Assembly (NCBI GenBank): GCA_040954595.2 | Contig: CM082579.2 | Location: forward strand, 10,963,625 to 11,027,624 | Direction of reading: 5' to 3' | Origin: Balanoglossus misakiensis | Taxonomy: Eukaryota; Animalia; Hemichordata | DNA: 64,000 nucleotides | Shown: positions 61,401 through 64,000 of the stretch, piece by piece | Layout: every line of letters starts with the position of its first letter | Position numbering within the stretch: position 1 is the first letter of the stretch | Notes under the pieces: model-generated | The model's database searches: none | Seen by the model: the letters and a program-made list of their open reading frames with translations, nothing else | What the model was told of the DNA's origin: nothing | Position numbers and translations under genes: made by a program

Positions 61401-64000
61401 TAACCCTGCTGTTACTTCGCTCTCTTGCTGTTTCATGGCGGACTGTTAGACACAGTCGCGCACATATCTTCATAATAAATAGTTGTGTTTACTTGCAATA
61501 AATCAGTCCTGGTCATCGATCCACCCCACGGTCTCCCGAATAATAATTAAGCAATAAAACACCCCCAGCCATGGTATACCACAAGATTTTGACCAGTTCA
61601 CGACATATACGCACGAGCGATAGCAAGTGCGTATATGGAGTTGAACTGGTCAAAATCGAGTGGTATACCATGGCTGGGGGTGTTCTATTGCTATTATATT
61701 ATGCCAGTATATTGAAACTTTGCATAAAACATTTTAAAAAGGCATTTTCTTTGACTATGATATATGACTGTGGTATATGGCTAATATATCACGGTCACGT
61801 GTCGTGTCTCGACCAATCAAATAGCGTGATTTACACCATCAATATACTGGTATAATATAATAGTCAATAACATAACATGGACATACTGCAGAATCATGTG
61901 TTAGGTGTAGAGAAAATAGATGTGTCTATTTGCTCAGTCAAGATCAATTTCTGTATTCTCTTTTCCATAGGCACCCTTTGTTATGCGTATGATTCTGAAA
62001 CCACGTGTACAACAACCAGTGAATGTGTATGGTGCAGCTGGTCCCATCATTGTGTTCCCCAAGATTTGTGTGTCCAGTCAGAGGATTCGGTGTTTTGGGC
62101 TGACATCAATGGCGGTGAATGGAATACGGAAAGCAGCTGGTTTAACTCCTCAGCACCGAGTGCAGACAGCTCGGTGATCATTGGTCACCATGCCAACGAC
62201 TACACCGTCAGAGTTACATCAGATACAACAGTGAAAGACATCGTGATAGGAGTACCATGTGACGACCGTAGGGTTCCCATGTGTGACCATGTCCAGGAAT
62301 TGTCCATAGACAGCACCTTGACAGTGACGAACAACATTGTGGTTCACAAAAATGGACACCTTGTACTTAAAGGGACCCTCTCGGTTGGAGGACTCGTGAC
62401 GGTTTATGGGAAAATGACATGGAGATGGGGGACTTTGACGGGAAGCGGTAATTTAACAGTTATCGGCACACTTGATGTCTTCAATGACTGGTATCACTAC
62501 TACAGATACACACACAATGTTCTTGAGATGCGAATAGAAAACTATGGTGATATGCACTACAGGAACACGCGAAATAACCTTGTGATGAATGAAGGTGGCA
62601 TCATAACAAATCAAATATCGGGTGTATTTTATGTGAGTAGTACATGGCAAGTCCAGTATGGTATTCTCTACAATTATGGAAGAGTGGTTGCCGATATAGG
62701 AGGAGAGATACAGTTCGGGCCCAAAATTTACAACTATGGCACTGTTGAAGTTGACGCTGGAAAAGTGAAGTTGGTGTCGGGACTGTTTTCAAGTGGAGAT
62801 ATTTCTTTAGCGGACGGAACAGAACTGTTGCTGATGGATGATGTGTACGACATCAAAAGTACATGTAGACTAGTGGGGCACGGTGCTAAACTGTCTGCAT
62901 CCGGCGCTACTGTGAATTATGAATCTGAGACATTCACTATCAGTTCTCTGTCGGTGGTGGCAAACAGCATCTTCAATGTGGACAGCACCATTCAAATGTC
63001 GTACATGTATCTGGACTATCGTGTAGTTTTGGGTGGAAGCGGCAGCATCATCATTGATGATATCTTGGAGTGGAAGGGAGGATCCATTGAGGGCGATAAA
63101 GACATCGTTGTCAACGGAGAATTGAGACTTCTGTATCCAGAACGGTACAGTTACAGGCGCATCAAAGCTATAAGCGGAGGCCATCTTAGGTTGAAAGGGC
63201 ATGTTTCCATCGCTGCAGATGACATTGTTTTACAGCTATCAGCAAATGCAACTGTAGACTTCGATACAATGTCCCGCGTGTACGTCACTCAGTCGAAACC
63301 CTTCACAATCCAATCGGATTCAACAAGGTGCCGAGTCACCAATTATGGAAACATGATCATAGATGGAACAATGTCGCTGTCTACAGACTTCCAGAATTAC
63401 GGTAACATTTCTGTTGAGAAAGGTAGGATGTACCTCAACAGAAATAGTTATTTTGTAACCGGTCAACTTCAAACCTTCTCTACGGGCACATTGGAATTCC
63501 AAGGTTCGAATCACGCGTTCCTTGCTGATGCGCATCTCTTCCTTGAAGGACATCTATATATGAAAGCACAGTCCATGGTGATCAACTCAAGTATGTGTCA
63601 GTACATCGGGGATATCACTTCAACATCTGGTATCATTGAAATAAGTGACCAATCGGATGTTAGATCTATTGGAACAATAAATTTATATCAAGCAGAACTG
63701 TTTCTCCAATCACTATATGAAGGTGGAGTTAACATAAAGCATGCTGAATTGAGACGGGATGGTAAATTATATTTGAAGACATCATCGAAAATTGACACTG
63801 TCAGATTCCCTGAATACAGCTACACAGGGTATCTTTATCTTGGATCACCAACAAATAGCTATGAGGTGTATGGTGCTATCAACTGGGTCAACGGATATGG
63901 ACAGATTAAACCAGAAACTCCATCTGAAATTCCAACTTTAAAAGTGACAGGAATGTTTTCTCGGAATGGCCGCCAGGATACGTACATAGTATCAATTAAC
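46455..64000 (+). CDS. Giant secreted/surface beta-strand-repeat (autotransporter-passenger-like beta-helix) protein with PSI-like Cys modules; runs off the window end
   Basis: Signal peptide MTWFIVALLVAVLSSPSTA followed by ATVRWHEASSGNWHDESKWSLGRVPTAEDDVVI. Approximate exons: 46455-46617, 46992-47931, 48257-49598, 49948-50283, 50428-50603, 50744-50893, 51083-51186, 51448-55389, 55640-55727, 56012-56182, 56341-56472 and 61971 to beyond 64000. Recurrent W.GG.I.G, N.G.l.i and v.GGtl motifs. Cys modules CSGITDCSSCISPCTW and CTTTSECVWCSWSHHC. Confidence 0.85.
49604..49768 (+). mobile_element. Solo/partial LTR of the same Ty3/Gypsy family as 56761-61877
   Basis: TGTTGTGTTATCACC...CATGGCGGACTGT...CACAGTCGCGCAC is nearly identical to the first ~135 bp of the LTR at 56761. 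The 3' part is deleted or diverged. Confidence 0.9.
57147..61226 (+). CDS. Gag-Pol polyprotein, 1359 aa
   Basis: Two CCHC knuckles, protease IDTGA, RT (LDARSGYW...LPMG...ISDD), RNase H (VDASS...EREML...TDHRPL), integrase H-H-C-C and D-D-E (TDLF, SDNGPQF, NGFIE), in Gypsy order. Confidence 0.97.
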   Translation: MAELSGLPTPQMDWNSDDPVTALTKFKDLCELYFDGPLANLDDKRKLRYLLIWIGQDGRDIQKSWGLKGDSLNDLAKHWEMFEAYVKPHSNFRVARFKLRNLKQETDETVDSFMKRIRLICADCNYKEPNEHMLDTLIYGINSRQVQLKLLEKGEKTTLQDAIQVCQRHEATSRQLNDINSAEPETVHVIHRSRGGKPKTHRMTSAKKRDTRSPPRSPTQPCRNCGKSHKREERCPARGSTCRNCGKQNHWIKMCRSTRSRVAPSTVKSEPTTRVHTMKETDSGSPVNAEAATVYFHTVHEDHSCQTVTHSNRSDKQAFVTLSARSDYKTKAIKCKIDTGAEGNVMPASVYRTLIPTEENELVGLQPCQSRLIAFGGHTVELYGTCYLTLKHRDQTTRCLFHVSKAEGPVLLGLPTCNALQLVTFHYNIDVVDDNTVSDTVSNASSQRGRPKGDPIAREKVLEQYADVFQGIGCFEGKYHIETDPNVPPVVHPPRRVPYALRDALKEELDSLVEKGVLKPVTQPTDWVNSCVCVTKKNGRIRLCLDPKDLNHAIKRPHYPTPTFDEIVSRLHGAKWFSILDARSGYWNIPLDDESALLTTFNTPFGRYCYRRLPMGIKCAQDVFQGQMDKLYGDIHGVSGISDDLIIAGWDADGHDHDVALRRVLQRAREKNARFNDEKLVVRCKRIPFYGHIIGEDGISPDPAKISAIREMDRPADKKSLQSFLGMVNYLSRFTPCLADLTAPLRDLCKQDSEFLWGPEHDRAFTRIKAEMCATRNLPFYDPHKPLTLQVDASSRGLGASLIQDKRPIAFASKALTDTEMRYSNIEREMLAVIYGLERFHEYVFARHVTIETDHRPLVSIVKKNIVNVTSRLARMLLRMQPYNYTLEYVTGKCVPLADALSRVDPKAGTTVEGLDITVHQMNLSASPARLDQFREETARDVELTALRNMIMTGWPDTRAECPTHLLPYWTFREELGVADGVVIKGNRIVVPKSLRKMALEKIHLAHQGIEKCRLRAKSADYWVGMNNDIEQMVRKCPTCQKHQNSLPKEPLHSYDVPPGPWHTLSTDLFYWEQSTYLLVADQYSKFPLVRKLSNLSSRSIINHMKVMFDEHGICHRLISDNGPQFDCKEFKEFARNYGFEHITSSPHFPSSNGFIEKQVDTVKDLFTKARETGTDPHLAMLCLRTTPIDHNLPSPCEMLNSRMYKSNLPGRMPHNASRHSEALQRSQDVSTKRFESNRPLSELKPHQSVRVQHPVNKTWEPGKIITRTAEPRSYTVETSRGVYRRNRRHIRPTAEIFRDVDLRTRRHDNDITVDVPGPASTANSTPTKEKQHRCVTSFTAYDQETRAPRLVNSHELNQ
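61548..61861. mobile_element. 314-bp non-autonomous element with two adjacent internal inverted repeats, inserted in the 3' LTR (possibly Crypton-type)
   Basis: Absent from the 5' LTR. IR1 is 61550-61582 vs 61660-61692; IR2 is 61691-61714 vs 61840-61863. No terminal inverted repeats or clear TSD. Confidence 0.75.

Larger units (their letters stand above)
56761..61877 (+). mobile_element. Full-length Ty3/Gypsy LTR retrotransposon in an intron
   Basis: 5' LTR 56761-56995 (TG...CA). PBS TGGTGTCAGGA at 56996 (complementary to a tRNA-Leu 3' end). PPT AAAGGGGGA before the 3' LTR at 61329-61877, which is interrupted by 314 bp. TSD TGGAC at 56756-56760 and 61878-61882. Confidence 0.97.

Overview
Intron-containing animal genomic DNA; a marine invertebrate deuterostome such as a hemichordate is an inference only. 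The main feature is an atypical teneurin-like gene (minus strand, 36357->13024, about 30 exons). It has the metazoan type II TM, 8 EGF, Cys-rich, TTR-like and NHL/YD architecture. It also has (i) an extra domain of about 200 aa that I recognise from bacterial teneurin-like RHS proteins and (ii) an intact RHS autoprotease motif (RWTSRDP...[11 protein letters not shown]) followed by an unfamiliar ~146-aa C-terminal domain in place of ABD/Tox-GHH/TCAP. This makes it a candidate animal 'toxin-in-a-shell' teneurin. Head-to-head with it is a giant secreted or surface beta-helix-repeat protein with PSI-like linkers (plus strand, 46455 to beyond 64000). That gene's introns hold an intact Ty3/Gypsy element and a solo-LTR remnant of the same family. 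Downstream of the teneurin-like gene is a two-coding-exon single death-effector-domain gene. The window also holds a 3.9-kb foldback element, several nested MITEs with verified TSDs, a probable P-type excision footprint and an intronless PB1-like ORF. Family assignments come from motif recognition by eye; no searches were run.
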